Shown here in pieces: positions 29,672-40,038 of a stretch of DNA of 64,000 nucleotides. The first letter of the stretch is position 1. Every line of letters begins with the position of its first letter. Origin of the DNA: Spirochaetia bacterium (GTDB lineage: Bacteria; Spirochaetota; Spirochaetia; SZUA-6; Bin103). The stretch lies in contig CBDATQ010000002.1 of assembly GCA_965199955.1 (NCBI GenBank), positions 1,344,001 to 1,408,000 on the forward strand, written 5' to 3'. A program made the position numbers and the translations under genes. Under the pieces are notes generated by a model that made no database searches, was not told where the DNA came from, and saw nothing but the letters and a program-made list of their open reading frames with translations.

Positions 29672-32353
29672 CTACGCGGCCGGATGGGGCTCCGCGCTCA
29701 ACACACCCCGGCTCACCGGCACGGCGCGGTCCGGGCGCTCGGTCTCCGGCCGGTCGGGCATCGCCTTCCGCTTCGCCACCCAGGCGGCAAGGCCCGCTTC
29801 GAACCCGTCGGGGTCGCGGTCCATCTCGCGGGCGACGATGCGCATGAGGCGCGGGATGAAACCCGACAGCCGCATGAGCGAGAAGTCGAAGTCCCGCTCT
29901 TCACGGATGTCGTCGGCCGCCGTCCGCAGGTGCGTGCGCAGCAGATGAGCGGCGTAGTAGGCGTACTCGGGCCGGTGTGTCAGGTCGTAGCCGAAGCAGA
30001 CGGTGCTGCAGGCGTAGTTGAACAGCGACTTCGGGCTCCGCCACACCCAGTAGTCGGACTCGGCGACCAGGAACTCCTTGAGCGCCCTGGACGGGAAGCA
30101 GCGCAGCGCCGGGGCGTACAGGTGGTACTTGTTGCCCCAGGCCACCTCCGGGAAGTGATCGGGGCTGACCATCGCCTCGTCGCCGCGCTCTCCGCCGGTG
30201 CCGATGCCGTTGGGCAGCATTCCGGGTTCGCGCACCACGCGCAGCAGCCAGTTGAGCGAGCGCTCCGCGAGCACGCCGTACTTCTCGTCCCACGTCGCCT
30301 GGTAGACGTCGAGCAGCACGGACAGCGGGCCGGTGAACTCCCGGTGCAGGCCCACGTGCCGGCACGACAGGATGCCGGCCGGCTCCTGCAGCCGGACGAT
30401 GCGGTCGCCGGCCTCGCGAGCCACCTCCAGCAGGCGGCGGTTCCCGGTCAGGTAGTAGTCGGTGAGGATGCCGGAGAGAATGGAGTGCGAGGGGCTGTAC
30501 CCGCCGCTCCACAGATGCGCGTTGTGGTAGTGCATGACCCCGACGCGTTCCGGGTGCCCCGGGAACGCGTGCACGAAGGCGGTGTCGGCCACCGCGCGCG
30601 AGTAGCGCTCGGCGACCCTCAGGTAGCGCGGGCTGCCAGTCCGGAGGTACTGGCCCCACACGCCCATGATCTGGTCGTTGGCCTCGTTGTTGTAGGGGCC
30701 GACGTAGCGGAGCGCCTTCGCCGGATTCGAGTCCTTGTAGAGCAGGTACACCCAGCCCACCGCCGAGGAGTGGACGCAGACCATGTTGCCGAAGCGCATC
30801 ATGCCGTACAGGCGGCAGCGCTCGACCGGATCGACCACGATGGGATCGAAGTAGTCGTCCAGGTCGGCGTCAGCGCCGGCCATCCGCGGATCGCCGGCGT
30901 GGTGGAAGTGGTCCACCGCCCCGGTGGCGCACATGTATGCCGGGTCGACCACGGCGCGGAGCGGTTCCTGGACGGCGTCGCAGAACGCCTGCGCATCCTC
31001 GTCGCCGACTGGCTCGGCGGAGAAGCGGATGACGATCTCCGTGGTCTTCGCGGCGCCCATGCCGTTCTGGGTGTTGGTGTCGTTGTAGCTGATGGTCCGC
31101 CCGGCCGCGTGCTTCTCGACCATCTCTTCGACCCAGCGCGCCTCCTCCAGGCTGCGGATGTTGAAGCTCTTGAGGTTGAGCGGCGCCGTCGGATTCCGTT
31201 CCAGGATCTCGATGACCTCGGCCTCACTGCGGGTGGCGCTGGACTTCTCCTGCCCGGCGAAGCGGACGGCGGTCTCCTCGTACGGCGTGGAGAACTGAAG
31301 CGTCCGGCCGCATGTCTCCGGCCAGATGCCGACGTCGATGCCGCGCTCGCTCAGCGTGAATCCCTTCGGGAACTCCTGCCAGCCGTCGCGGACTGCCACC
31401 GCCGCGCTCGCCCGCGAGCCTGACAGCGACACCCAGCCGGGCATGCGCGTGCCGGCGCCGAACGGCCGGCCGTCGCGCAACACGGTGTAGTGCCGGTCAT
31501 CGGCCTGCAGCACGGCTAGGGTCTCCCAGTGCTGGCACCAATGGGCGGCGGCGCCGTCGCCGCCGGCCGCCGCGCGCAGCGGCTCGCCGAGGGCCAGCGG
31601 CAGATCGATGCCGACCGCGGACAACTCCACCCGCCTGGGATCCTGGTCGAAGACGAACGTGTGGAAGAGCCGCACGTCGGCCATGCCAGCGTACAGGTGC
31701 ACGCGAAGCTGGTAGGGGCAGAAGCGTATGCCGGCCGCGGAGGCAACGAACCCCTTGATGAGCACGCAGGCGCGCAACGGACCGGCCTCCTCCAGCACGA
31801 CTTCGGGGGCGAAGCCGGAGGACTCGGAGTCGTAGCGAGCGCCGTGCGCATCGTGCATGTAGACCACGGGTCCGTCTCCGCGCAGCACGTCGTGCCAGCC
31901 GTCCCCGGCCTTGACCCGGCAGCGGGTGATGACCGCCGGGGTTGCGCGCGACCGCGGCGCGTCGAAGGAACGCCGGAAGTCGACACGCAGGGCGCCGGTG
32001 TCGATCGACAGCAGATCGTCCGACTCGGCGACATGGATGTACGGCCCCGATTCGTCTGCCGCCGGCTCGTCCGCTCGCGGATACTCGACCGAGAGCGCTG
32101 CGCCCGGTTCGATCCGCCCGTCGGCCTGCACGTCGACCAACAGCCACTTCACGTGGCGGCCGTCCTTCCGCCACGTCGTCAGGCAGTCGGTCTGGGCGGG
32201 AATCGGGCGGCCGTCCGGGCCGGTCACGCGAATTGCCTGCGCCCGCTCGATCGCACCGTCGGCGAAGGGCACCCCGAAGGTGAGCGGCTCGCTGCCGGAG
32301 CGCAGCGCCCCTGTCTTGGCCAGGCGGATCTCGATCGGCTTGTGGGTGGTCAC
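29672..32353 (-). CDS. Large protein, probable PcRGLX/YetA-like (exo-rhamnogalacturonan lyase-related)
   Basis: PLTFGVPF..IPAQT..W.KDG.VKWLLVD, LEEAGPLRA, WQEFPKG, GAAKTTEI, DYYLTGNRR; GTG with SD GGAGG. Confidence 0.65.
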   Translation of the reverse strand: MTTHKPIEIRLAKTGALRSGSEPLTFGVPFADGAIERAQAIRVTGPDGRPIPAQTDCLTTWRKDGRHVKWLLVDVQADGRIEPGAALSVEYPRADEPAADESGPYIHVAESDDLLSIDTGALRVDFRRSFDAPRSRATPAVITRCRVKAGDGWHDVLRGDGPVVYMHDAHGARYDSESSGFAPEVVLEEAGPLRACVLIKGFVASAAGIRFCPYQLRVHLYAGMADVRLFHTFVFDQDPRRVELSAVGIDLPLALGEPLRAAAGGDGAAAHWCQHWETLAVLQADDRHYTVLRDGRPFGAGTRMPGWVSLSGSRASAAVAVRDGWQEFPKGFTLSERGIDVGIWPETCGRTLQFSTPYEETAVRFAGQEKSSATRSEAEVIEILERNPTAPLNLKSFNIRSLEEARWVEEMVEKHAAGRTISYNDTNTQNGMGAAKTTEIVIRFSAEPVGDEDAQAFCDAVQEPLRAVVDPAYMCATGAVDHFHHAGDPRMAGADADLDDYFDPIVVDPVERCRLYGMMRFGNMVCVHSSAVGWVYLLYKDSNPAKALRYVGPYNNEANDQIMGVWGQYLRTGSPRYLRVAERYSRAVADTAFVHAFPGHPERVGVMHYHNAHLWSGGYSPSHSILSGILTDYYLTGNRRLLEVAREAGDRIVRLQEPAGILSCRHVGLHREFTGPLSVLLDVYQATWDEKYGVLAERSLNWLLRVVREPGMLPNGIGTGGERGDEAMVSPDHFPEVAWGNKYHLYAPALRCFPSRALKEFLVAESDYWVWRSPKSLFNYACSTVCFGYDLTHRPEYAYYAAHLLRTHLRTAADDIREERDFDFSLMRLSGFIPRLMRIVAREMDRDPDGFEAGLAAWVAKRKAMPDRPETERPDRAVPVSRGVLSAEPHPAA

Positions 32354-32399
32354 TTCTTCAGGCCTCCGACGCGCGTCAACTATAGGCGATCCAGCCCGA

Positions 32400-32692
32400 C
32401 CGGCGCCCGTTCCCGGCGTCCGATACAGGTGGCGTGTGACGAGAACGCTTGGCGCCCGCACGGACTGCTCTACACGATCTACGCCAACCGCCGCATGCGC
32501 GGGCTCCCCTTCGGGTACCAACGCGAGGACGACGCCGACGCCGCCCAGGGAGCCCCGCAGGGGCCGCCGGACCTGCTGTGCGCATGGGGGTCGAACGAGC
32601 TGAAGATCACGTTGAGGAAGCGCCGCGAGGACACCGGGCCGCTGCTGATCACCGGCATCGAAGTCCTGATCAACTACGACGGCGGCGAGTAG
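32400..32692 (+). pseudogene. C-terminal remnant of an unidentified protein
   Basis: Coding-like ..WGSNELKITLRKRREDTGPLLITGIEVLINYDGGE* with no convincing start. Confidence 0.35.
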
Positions 32693-32700
32693 CTGGCACG

Positions 32701-32967
32701 TCAGTCGTACACCTCGTGACGATGGCCGACCTTGACGACGACGATGATGAGCTCGTCTCCGGGGATCTCGTAGACCACCCGGTAGATGCCTACGCGGATC
32801 CGAAAGAGAGCGCGACCGGTCAGCTTCTTGCACTCCGGTGGCCGAGGATTTGTCGCGAGTCGATCGATCGCCTGAAGAATGCGCTTGATGGCCGGCTTCG
32901 GGATGCCTTGGAGGTCTTTCCTGACCGACGGCAGGAAGCGAATCTCAAATCGTGCCGTCGGCTTCAA
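32701..32967 (-). CDS. RelE/ParE family toxin (start uncertain: TTG 32967 or ACG 32958)
   Basis: SVRKDL, LATNPRPPECKKLTG, FRIRVGIYRVVYEI, VVKVGHRHEVY. Confidence 0.85.
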   Translation of the reverse strand: MKPTARFEIRFLPSVRKDLQGIPKPAIKRILQAIDRLATNPRPPECKKLTGRALFRIRVGIYRVVYEIPGDELIIVVVKVGHRHEVYD

Positions 32968-33166
32968 GTTGCTTCAGGAACTCCTCATACCCCACCGGGC
33001 GTTCCGATCTGCGTTCATGCCAGTCGGACAGATCTTGCAGGTCCTCCGTCAGGAGGACGCGCAGAGCCTCGTTTACCAACTCGGACATGGACTCTCGCGT
33101 CTCGGCCGATTTCAGCCTCAGGGCTCGGTGAAGATCGTCGTCCAAGTAGACGGTCGCCTTGCTCAC
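32945..33166 (-). CDS. CopG/ribbon-helix-helix antitoxin
   Basis: KATVYLDDDLHRALRLKSAET..SMSELVNEALR..EDLQDL; overlaps the toxin. Confidence 0.85.
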   Translation of the reverse strand: MSKATVYLDDDLHRALRLKSAETRESMSELVNEALRVLLTEDLQDLSDWHERRSERPVGYEEFLKQLEADGTI

Positions 33167-33172
33167 TTTGAC

Positions 33173-33201
33173 AGTATGGCGTGTTGATGGCATGACGGCA
33201 A
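33173..33201 (-). promoter_or_regulatory. Putative sigma70-type promoter of the TA operon (leaderless)
   Basis: TTGCCG-17nt-CATACT-6nt-GTG. Confidence 0.55.
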
Positions 33202-33229
33202 AGCGTGCGGACGCCACGCGGTGTCCGGA

Positions 33230-33423
33230 GACTACAGCTTGAGGTTGTTGCCGCGAATCGGGCGGAAGGGGCGGCGAAGTGCTCGGCCAGCCGGTCGATG
33301 TCGGCAAGGTCCTGGCGCTCCCGTCCCGGATCGTTCGCCAGAGCCTGCATTTTCAAGTCGACGATGTCTTCCGGACGCAGCGTGCGCAACCGCAGGCTTC
33401 CGTCAAACGCGCTCGAAGTCCAT
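33230..33423 (-). pseudogene. Nucleotidyltransferase-family remnant
   Basis: Start MDFERV jumps to LRPEDIVDLKMQALANDPGRERQDLADIDRL. Confidence 0.55.
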
Positions 33424-33517
33424 CAACGCATCTCCACGCTGCCATGAGCCGGCTCTACACGGCTGCGGCCGGGAGCGAGTAGAGGAATCCCGCCGTTCGC
33501 GCCATCCTGGGCCCGGC

Positions 33518-35113
33518 ATGAGACGACCGAACATCCTGTTTGCCTTCGCCGACGACTGGGGCCGCTACGGGAGCGCGTACGCCGCGCACCACGGCGAGCG
33601 GTCGCTCAGCGCGCTGATCGACACGCCGCATTTCGACCGCGTCGCCGGTGAAGGGGTGCTGTTCACCAACGCGCGGGTGCCGGCGCCGAGCTGCACGCCG
33701 TGCCGGAGCTCGATCCTGTCCGGACGTTACTTCTGGCAGACCGGGCTGGGCGCCATCCTGCAGGGCGCGGTTTGGGACCGTGCCATCCCGTCGTATCCGT
33801 TCCTGCTGCGGGACGCCGGGTACCACATCGGCTTCTCCTACAAGGTCTGGTCGCCGGGCACGCCGCAGGACGATCCCTACGGCGGCACCGGAACCCGCTA
33901 TCAGGACTGCGGGAGGGACTTCGACCAGTTCTCGTTCCGGGCCACCGAGTGGGCCGAGGCCGCTGGTGGGGTGGAGCCGACCAAGCAAAGGCTCTGTGAC
34001 GAGGTTCGGGGCAATTTCCGGAGCTTTCTGGCTGACCGGAAGCCCGATCAGCCGTTCTGCTACTGGTGGGGGCCGACCAACACCCACCGCGAGTGGCAGA
34101 AGGGATCAGGCAAGGCGCTGTGGGGGCTCGACCCCGACGTGCTGACCGGCTGCCTGCCGGCGTTCCTGCCCGACGTGCACGACGTGCGCGAGGACGTCTG
34201 CGACTACCTGGGCGAGTGCATGGCGATGGACCGCGGACTCGGAGTGCTGCTGGGCATGCTGGAGGAGATGGGCGAGCTCGACGACACGCTGGTCGTCGTC
34301 TCCGGCGACCACGGGATCCCGGGCGTGCCGCGCGGGAAGTGCAACCTGTACGACATCGGCTGCGAGGTGGCGCTCGCCGCGCGGCTGCCGGGAACGATCC
34401 CCGGCGGCCGGGTGGCGGACGACATGGTGAACCTCATGGACGTCGCGCCCACGTTCCTGGAGATTGCGGGCGTGGAGCAGCCGGCGGACATGCCCGCCCG
34501 TAGCCTGATGGACGTCCTCGGCTCCAACGGCTCCGGGCAGGTCAGCCCGGAGCGCACGTACGCGGTCACCGGCCGGGAGCGGCACGTGGCGACCGCGCGC
34601 GACCGGAACCTGCCGTATCCGCACCGCGCCATCCGCACGCACGACTTTCTCTACATCAGGAACTTCGCCCCGGACCGCTGGCCGATGGGTGACCCTCGAG
34701 GGCTGGACGATCCTTGCGCGGATGCTCCGCCGCGCGAAGCGTTGGAGCACGACACCCGCGTTGCCTACGCCGACCTGGATGCGAGTCCGACCAAGGCGTG
34801 GATGATCGAGAACCGCGCTGCCGCGGTGGTCCGCGACATCTACGTGCTGGGCTTCGGCAAGCGGCCGGCGGAGGAGCTCTACGACGTGCGCAACGACCCG
34901 GACCACATGCGCAACCTGGCCAGCGATCCGGCGTTCATGGCTCGGAAGCGGGCGCTGGCCGAGCGGCTGGAGGCGGTCCTGCGCGAGCAGGGCGATCCGC
35001 GCATGGATGTGGGGCCGTGCAGGTTCGAGACCGCGCCGTTCACCGACTGGCCGTGCCCGGACGAGGCCGGCGAACAGCGCGCGGCGATGGTGCGAGGAAC
35101 CGCAAGTGCTTGA
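33518..35113 (+). CDS. Sulfatase (sulfamidase-like)
   Basis: RPNILFAFADDWG, CTPCR, SGDHG, RGKCNLYD, GRERH, EELYD. Confidence 0.93.
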   Translation: MRRPNILFAFADDWGRYGSAYAAHHGERSLSALIDTPHFDRVAGEGVLFTNARVPAPSCTPCRSSILSGRYFWQTGLGAILQGAVWDRAIPSYPFLLRDAGYHIGFSYKVWSPGTPQDDPYGGTGTRYQDCGRDFDQFSFRATEWAEAAGGVEPTKQRLCDEVRGNFRSFLADRKPDQPFCYWWGPTNTHREWQKGSGKALWGLDPDVLTGCLPAFLPDVHDVREDVCDYLGECMAMDRGLGVLLGMLEEMGELDDTLVVVSGDHGIPGVPRGKCNLYDIGCEVALAARLPGTIPGGRVADDMVNLMDVAPTFLEIAGVEQPADMPARSLMDVLGSNGSGQVSPERTYAVTGRERHVATARDRNLPYPHRAIRTHDFLYIRNFAPDRWPMGDPRGLDDPCADAPPREALEHDTRVAYADLDASPTKAWMIENRAAAVVRDIYVLGFGKRPAEELYDVRNDPDHMRNLASDPAFMARKRALAERLEAVLREQGDPRMDVGPCRFETAPFTDWPCPDEAGEQRAAMVRGTASA

Positions 35114-35164
35114 CGAGCTTGCTCGCAAGCGGAAGATCATCACGGAGCCGACAGGAGGTCATCC

Positions 35165-35928
35165 GTGTCATTGACGCAGGACGAGGTCGAGCGGTTCGAG
35201 GACCAGGGGTTTCTGCCCAGGGAGGGGATGCTGACTTCGCTCGAGGTCAAGGCCCTGCACCAGCGGTTGGAGGACATCGGCAACGGTCTCGTGCCGTTCC
35301 CGGCCGAGTACGTGCAGATCGAGCCGCAGGTCGAGGACAGCCGGCTTCCTGCGGACCCCGTCCGGTTCAACAACGTGCGCAAGATCTGGAACCTCACGCG
35401 GTACGACGAGTTGTTCAGGGAGTACGCCCGCCATCCGGCGATCCTGGACGTCGTGCACGGCCTGATAGGCCCCGATCTGAAGATCTACGTCGACCAGACC
35501 CTGTGCAAGCCGCCCCGCGTCGGCTCAGCCAAGCCGCCGCACCAGGACTCGGCCTACTGGACGAACATCGATCCGCCCAACCTGGTGATCTGCTGGATGG
35601 CGCTCGACGACGCGACAAAGGACAACGGCTGCATGCGCTTCATCCCCGGCTCCCACAAGCTGGGCGTGATCGAGCACAAGCGCCTGGAGGACTTTCGTGT
35701 CGAGGATGTGAACGTGGACTACGCACGCGAGGTGGCGGTCCCGCTCAAGGCGGGCGGCTGCTCGTTCCACCACAGCCTGGCGATGCACCGCACCGACGCC
35801 AACACCAGCCCAGACCGGCGCATCGGCCGACGGTTGCGTATATGAGCGCCCGGTCGCGCTACATCGGACCTGCCCCGCAGCCGGAGTACGACCTGGTCGC
35901 CGGACGCGCCTACGCCGGATGCGTCTGA
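35165..35928 (+). CDS. PhyH family dioxygenase; 1-nt frameshift near 35828 shifts the C-terminus
   Basis: FEDQGFL, PPHQDSAYW, NGCMRFIPGSH, AMHRT; natural C-term TVAYMSARSRY..GCV* lies in another frame. Confidence 0.85.
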
Positions 35929-35971
35929 CGCGCCGGGCTGACGCGCAGACCGCCGGCGCGGGCGCGCCACG

Positions 35972-36540
35972 ATGCCGCGGCCGCTGACGACGCAGCTCGT
36001 CGGCAGCTACGCGAAGCCATGACCACCCGTGTCGTCGGGGAGATTCGCTGGAAGGAGCCGGTGACCCTCGACGACTTGCGGTTCCTGAAGCGCCACACCC
36101 GACGCCCGGTGAAGATGACGGTCATCGGTCCGCTCACCGCCGCCGTCCGCCTGGCCGACGACTACTACCCGGACGAGGAGACGCTCGGCATGGCCGTGGC
36201 GCGGGCGCTCAACCGGGAGCTGCGCGCCCTGCAGGCCATCGCCGCGTCGAGCACGGACCAGATCTGCCTGGAGTACGAGCAGCCGGGACACGAGCCCGAT
36301 CTGCTACGCGACTGCAGGGACAAGGACGTGATCCTGGGCGTGTTGAATCTGGGCACACATGAGATCGAGTCGGTCGAGCGCATCGCCGGGCGGATTCGCG
36401 ACGTGTTGCATGTGGTGCCGCCGGAACGGCTGCATCTGGCTCCGGACTGCGGCATGTGGTTCCTGCCGCGAGAAGTGGCCTTCGGCAAGCTCCGGGCGAT
36501 GGTGACGGCCGTGGAGATCGTCCGCGGCGAGCTCCGGTAG
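35972..36540 (+). pseudogene. Cobalamin-independent methionine synthase II family, two internal deletions
   Basis: N-term MPRPLTTQLVGSYAKP; middle VKMTVIGPLT; C-term LEYE..APDCG..AFGKL; QxDEP and HxC regions missing. Confidence 0.78.
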
Positions 36541-36552
36541 CGGGAGCTCACA

Positions 36553-37869
36553 TCATGGCGGCTGGGTACTCGGAGCTACCCAGTAGACGTTATTGGTGAC
36601 CAGTTCGCCGGTCCTGATGTAGTCCTGGACGTCTTCGAAGTAGCGCAGGAGGCCCCGAGGGTATCCCGAGGAGCCGTCGAACCAGGTGTAGGCAGGCAAC
36701 TGGCCGGCGGGCACCACGTTTGCGCCCAAGGGCCGCTCGGGCGCCGGATCGTTGACCACGGTGCCGGGCTCCAACTCCGGGAACACCCGGAACCGCTCAT
36801 GGGCGGGGTCCGATACCAGCCACGCGGTCCGGTCACGGGTCGTGTCGCGGTCGCGCGTCGGCTTACCTCCCGGACCTTGGGATCCCGGCTTGAGTTGCAT
36901 GAGCGCGTAAAGGCTGCCGTCGGCCCGCATCCCGAGCCGGCCGGCGACCGGCCGCATGTCCGGCCAGGCCTGCTCCAGCTCGAGGACCTCCCGCCGATTC
37001 CAGCCGCCGCGGCCATGGGTGTGGAGCAATACCTGTCCCGGGCGCTCCTCGCCCGAGATGCACAACATGACGGCCTCGCCATCGCCGGCGACCATCAGCC
37101 CCAGGCAGCTCACTTCCGGGGGCGGCATCGGCTCGTGGCGCCGGCCGATGGTCCGGTAGAGGACATCCATGGCCTCGGGCTGCGCCGGAATCGCCACCGG
37201 CGTGCCGTCCGCCCTCTGCCAGGTCAGGCCGCGGTCGGGGCTCCGCATGTAGCACAGCGCCTGGTGGAGCCCGCGCTGCTCGGTTGTGCCCAGCCCCTCG
37301 TAGAAGTAGCAGACGAAGTGCAGGGCGCCGTCGCGGCCGATTGCCAGGTGGCTGTGGTAGGCCGCGTACCCGTCCAGGTACCGCTCCGTCCTGCGGATCA
37401 GGCGGGCCTGGCGCCGCCAGGGATCGCCCGGCTCCTTGATGAACAGGTCCGCGCCGAAGGGCCGGTCCGGGCGCATCGTCAGGAACAGCGTGTCGTCCCG
37501 GGCGCACACCAGGATGGGGTAGGTGCCGGAGCCTGCCGGCTGCTCGGGCGTCCACTCCGAGGAGTCGTTGACGCCGGCCGAGCAGCGGTAGGTGACCGGC
37601 GTGCCGTGGCCGCTGAGGACGACGTGCAGCCGTCCCTCGTGGTCGACGGTGATGACCGGCCGCGCGTGGTTGTCGACGCCGACGTTGAGGGTCACCGGCT
37701 CCGTCCAGCGGCGGGTGTCGTAGCGGTAGGAGCGCACCCGGTTGAGATAACCCTCCCGGCTGACGTCCTGCCACGCGACGTGGCAGACGCCGGCACGGGT
37801 GACGATGTTGTTGCCGCCGATTGCGCGCTCACTGCCGATCCGAGAGATCCGTTCGACGTCGACCATCAT
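36553..37869 (-). CDS. BNR-4 repeat-containing protein
   Basis: VDNHARPVITVDHEGRLHV..GHG, GTYP, YMRSPDRGLTWQRADG. Confidence 0.75.
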   Translation of the reverse strand: MMVDVERISRIGSERAIGGNNIVTRAGVCHVAWQDVSREGYLNRVRSYRYDTRRWTEPVTLNVGVDNHARPVITVDHEGRLHVVLSGHGTPVTYRCSAGVNDSSEWTPEQPAGSGTYPILVCARDDTLFLTMRPDRPFGADLFIKEPGDPWRRQARLIRRTERYLDGYAAYHSHLAIGRDGALHFVCYFYEGLGTTEQRGLHQALCYMRSPDRGLTWQRADGTPVAIPAQPEAMDVLYRTIGRRHEPMPPPEVSCLGLMVAGDGEAVMLCISGEERPGQVLLHTHGRGGWNRREVLELEQAWPDMRPVAGRLGMRADGSLYALMQLKPGSQGPGGKPTRDRDTTRDRTAWLVSDPAHERFRVFPELEPGTVVNDPAPERPLGANVVPAGQLPAYTWFDGSSGYPRGLLRYFEDVQDYIRTGELVTNNVYWVAPSTQPP

Positions 37870-37934
37870 GGCGTTCCGTTCCATACCGTGACACGCGGGG
37901 GCGGATGTGCCAATCGTATGCATCGAGTGATGCC

Positions 37935-40022
37935 ATGCCGGTAAAGGGTGACCACTCCGACCGGGAGATCCTGCGCTACCGGCGGATCCGCGTGGAACGC
38001 CAGGAAGTCCTGCCCGGTGACACGGCACCCATGCTCTGCGGGCGCGGACCGATCCTGCTCCTCAGCGGGCGCGCCGGATCGCTGGCCCACAGCACCAACG
38101 GCGGCGTGACCTGGGAGCGCCTCGGGTCTCTTCGCGAGCATGCAGGGTCGAATGGGCGCGTCCTGACGCTGGCGGACCTGGCGCCGGATTGCGTCCTGGC
38201 CGCGCTCTACCACCAGGGAGCGATGACCGTCCTGTCGTCGGGCGACTTCGGGGAGACGTGGCAGGCCGAAGGCCGGATCGCATCCGGAGCCGAGGCAGCC
38301 GCCGGTCCGGCGCGCTTCGAGGCGACGCCGGGAGGGTCGCTGTCGTTGTGGATCGGAGCGACGGCATTTCGGTCATCCGACGGCGGGAGCACGTGGACCG
38401 CCGCCGGCGAGACCCCGTCCGGCGGCGGGCTGGATGAGCATGAAGGCGTGCGCGAACGGGGCGGGCGGGTAGCACTGCCGGATGGACGGGTGGTGATGAC
38501 CTACGCCGAGCCCTGCTACCCGTACGGGGCGCGGGCCGTGATCAGCGCGGACGGCGGCGACACCTGGGGTGACGAGGTGTTCGTGCTGGGGCACGCCCGT
38601 GCAGCCACCAACACGGTGCAGCCGCGTCCCTTGCGCTGCCAACCCGGCGCCGGCGCGGTCAGCGTGGCGCTGGAGGACGGGACCATCGTCTCCGCCTACG
38701 ACCGGGGCGCGGCCATTCCGCCCGCCATGGCTCCGATGGACGGCCGCCGCATGGACGAGTCGAGCCACGGGCCGGCCATCGTGGTGGTCCGCTGGACGCC
38801 CGAGGGGTTGCGCCGGCCGCCCCTCGTCTATCCCAACCTGTCGACGGACCGGGTGAACCCTCGCGGCTACCTGGACAACGGACTGGTGCGGATGCGGCCC
38901 GACGACCGGTTCGAAGGCGGCGACTTCATCGAGGACTACGAGATGATCGTGTTCCGGCGGCGGCCCGCCGAGCAGCGGTTCTTCGCCGGCGCCGGCACCA
39001 AGGGCGTGGTCGTCTGCCGCCATCCCGACGGCAGCCTGGTGTTCGCGAGCCGCAGCTCCGCGATCCACCGCTCCACCGACGAGGGACGCACGTGGACGAG
39101 GATCGCCGAGGTCAGGCGGCCGGGAAACCAGGCGACCACGTTCGCCTTCGGGGTCACGGCCCGCGGGACCTTGCTGATGGGATACTCGACGCTGCTGCGG
39201 GCGGCTGACCCGGCGAACGGCGTGCCCAGTGTCCGGCAGACCAACATCGCGCGCAGCGAAGACGGCGGACGGACGTGGACCGCCGGGCCGCTCCAGCCGG
39301 GGCCGATGCGCTACGGCGGCGGGGGAGACGGCAGCCGCATCGCCGAGCTGTCCGACGGTACGGTCGTGATGGGCTGCGGTACCGCGTCGATCGATCCGTC
39401 GCGGCAGGCGGGCTACCGCGGCGACGTGATGCTGCGCTCGCGTGACGACGGCAGGACCTGGGACGATTGGACGGTGTTGCCTCCCGGCAGCACCGAATCG
39501 AACTTCCTGGAGCTGCCATCCGGCGAGTTGCTCTGCGCCACCCGGTATCAGCGCCCCGCGGCGAGCGACGACTACTTTGGCCAGCCGTCCGGCGACGCCG
39601 CACCGGACGGCTGGCCGTTCCCCTCACGCAATCTGTGCGGTGAAGGCAGGTACAAGAACGAGGCGGTCATGTTCTCCGGCGACCGCGGCGACAACTGGAC
39701 CACGCCGGAGCTGGTGACGCGCATACACATGGCTTCGGCGGACGTGGTGCTGTTGCCCGACGGCCGGGTGGTGCTGACGTACGACCACAAGGACGCCTGC
39801 GGCGGCGCGCGGGCGCTCGTGAGCGCCGACGGCGGGCGCACGTGGGAGCCGGACGTCTACATCCTCGCCTATCACACGATCGACGCGCGGACCAGCTCGG
39901 TCGCGCTCTCGGACGGGCGCGTCCTGACGCTGTGGGCCGGAGCCGGCGAGCAGGGCATCCACGCCACGACGTGGTCCCCGGACCCATCCCTTGCGGGAAA
40001 GGCGGGGCTGCTGAGACAGTGA
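37935..40022 (+). CDS. Multi-Asp-box sialidase family protein
   Basis: Many SxDxGxTW boxes (STNGGVTW, SSDGGSTW, STDEGRTW, SEDGGRTW, SADGGRTW). Confidence 0.85.
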   Translation: MPVKGDHSDREILRYRRIRVERQEVLPGDTAPMLCGRGPILLLSGRAGSLAHSTNGGVTWERLGSLREHAGSNGRVLTLADLAPDCVLAALYHQGAMTVLSSGDFGETWQAEGRIASGAEAAAGPARFEATPGGSLSLWIGATAFRSSDGGSTWTAAGETPSGGGLDEHEGVRERGGRVALPDGRVVMTYAEPCYPYGARAVISADGGDTWGDEVFVLGHARAATNTVQPRPLRCQPGAGAVSVALEDGTIVSAYDRGAAIPPAMAPMDGRRMDESSHGPAIVVVRWTPEGLRRPPLVYPNLSTDRVNPRGYLDNGLVRMRPDDRFEGGDFIEDYEMIVFRRRPAEQRFFAGAGTKGVVVCRHPDGSLVFASRSSAIHRSTDEGRTWTRIAEVRRPGNQATTFAFGVTARGTLLMGYSTLLRAADPANGVPSVRQTNIARSEDGGRTWTAGPLQPGPMRYGGGGDGSRIAELSDGTVVMGCGTASIDPSRQAGYRGDVMLRSRDDGRTWDDWTVLPPGSTESNFLELPSGELLCATRYQRPAASDDYFGQPSGDAAPDGWPFPSRNLCGEGRYKNEAVMFSGDRGDNWTTPELVTRIHMASADVVLLPDGRVVLTYDHKDACGGARALVSADGGRTWEPDVYILAYHTIDARTSSVALSDGRVLTLWAGAGEQGIHATTWSPDPSLAGKAGLLRQ

Positions 40023-40038
40023 GGCGGTGGGAGGACGG

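Noticed and set aside
28610..31423. 937-aa plus-strand ORF and similar long Arg/Pro/Ala-rich ORFs (1712-3910, 7107-9689, 49337-51502, 50887-53031)
   Set aside because: Shadow frames of well-supported genes; no recognisable motifs
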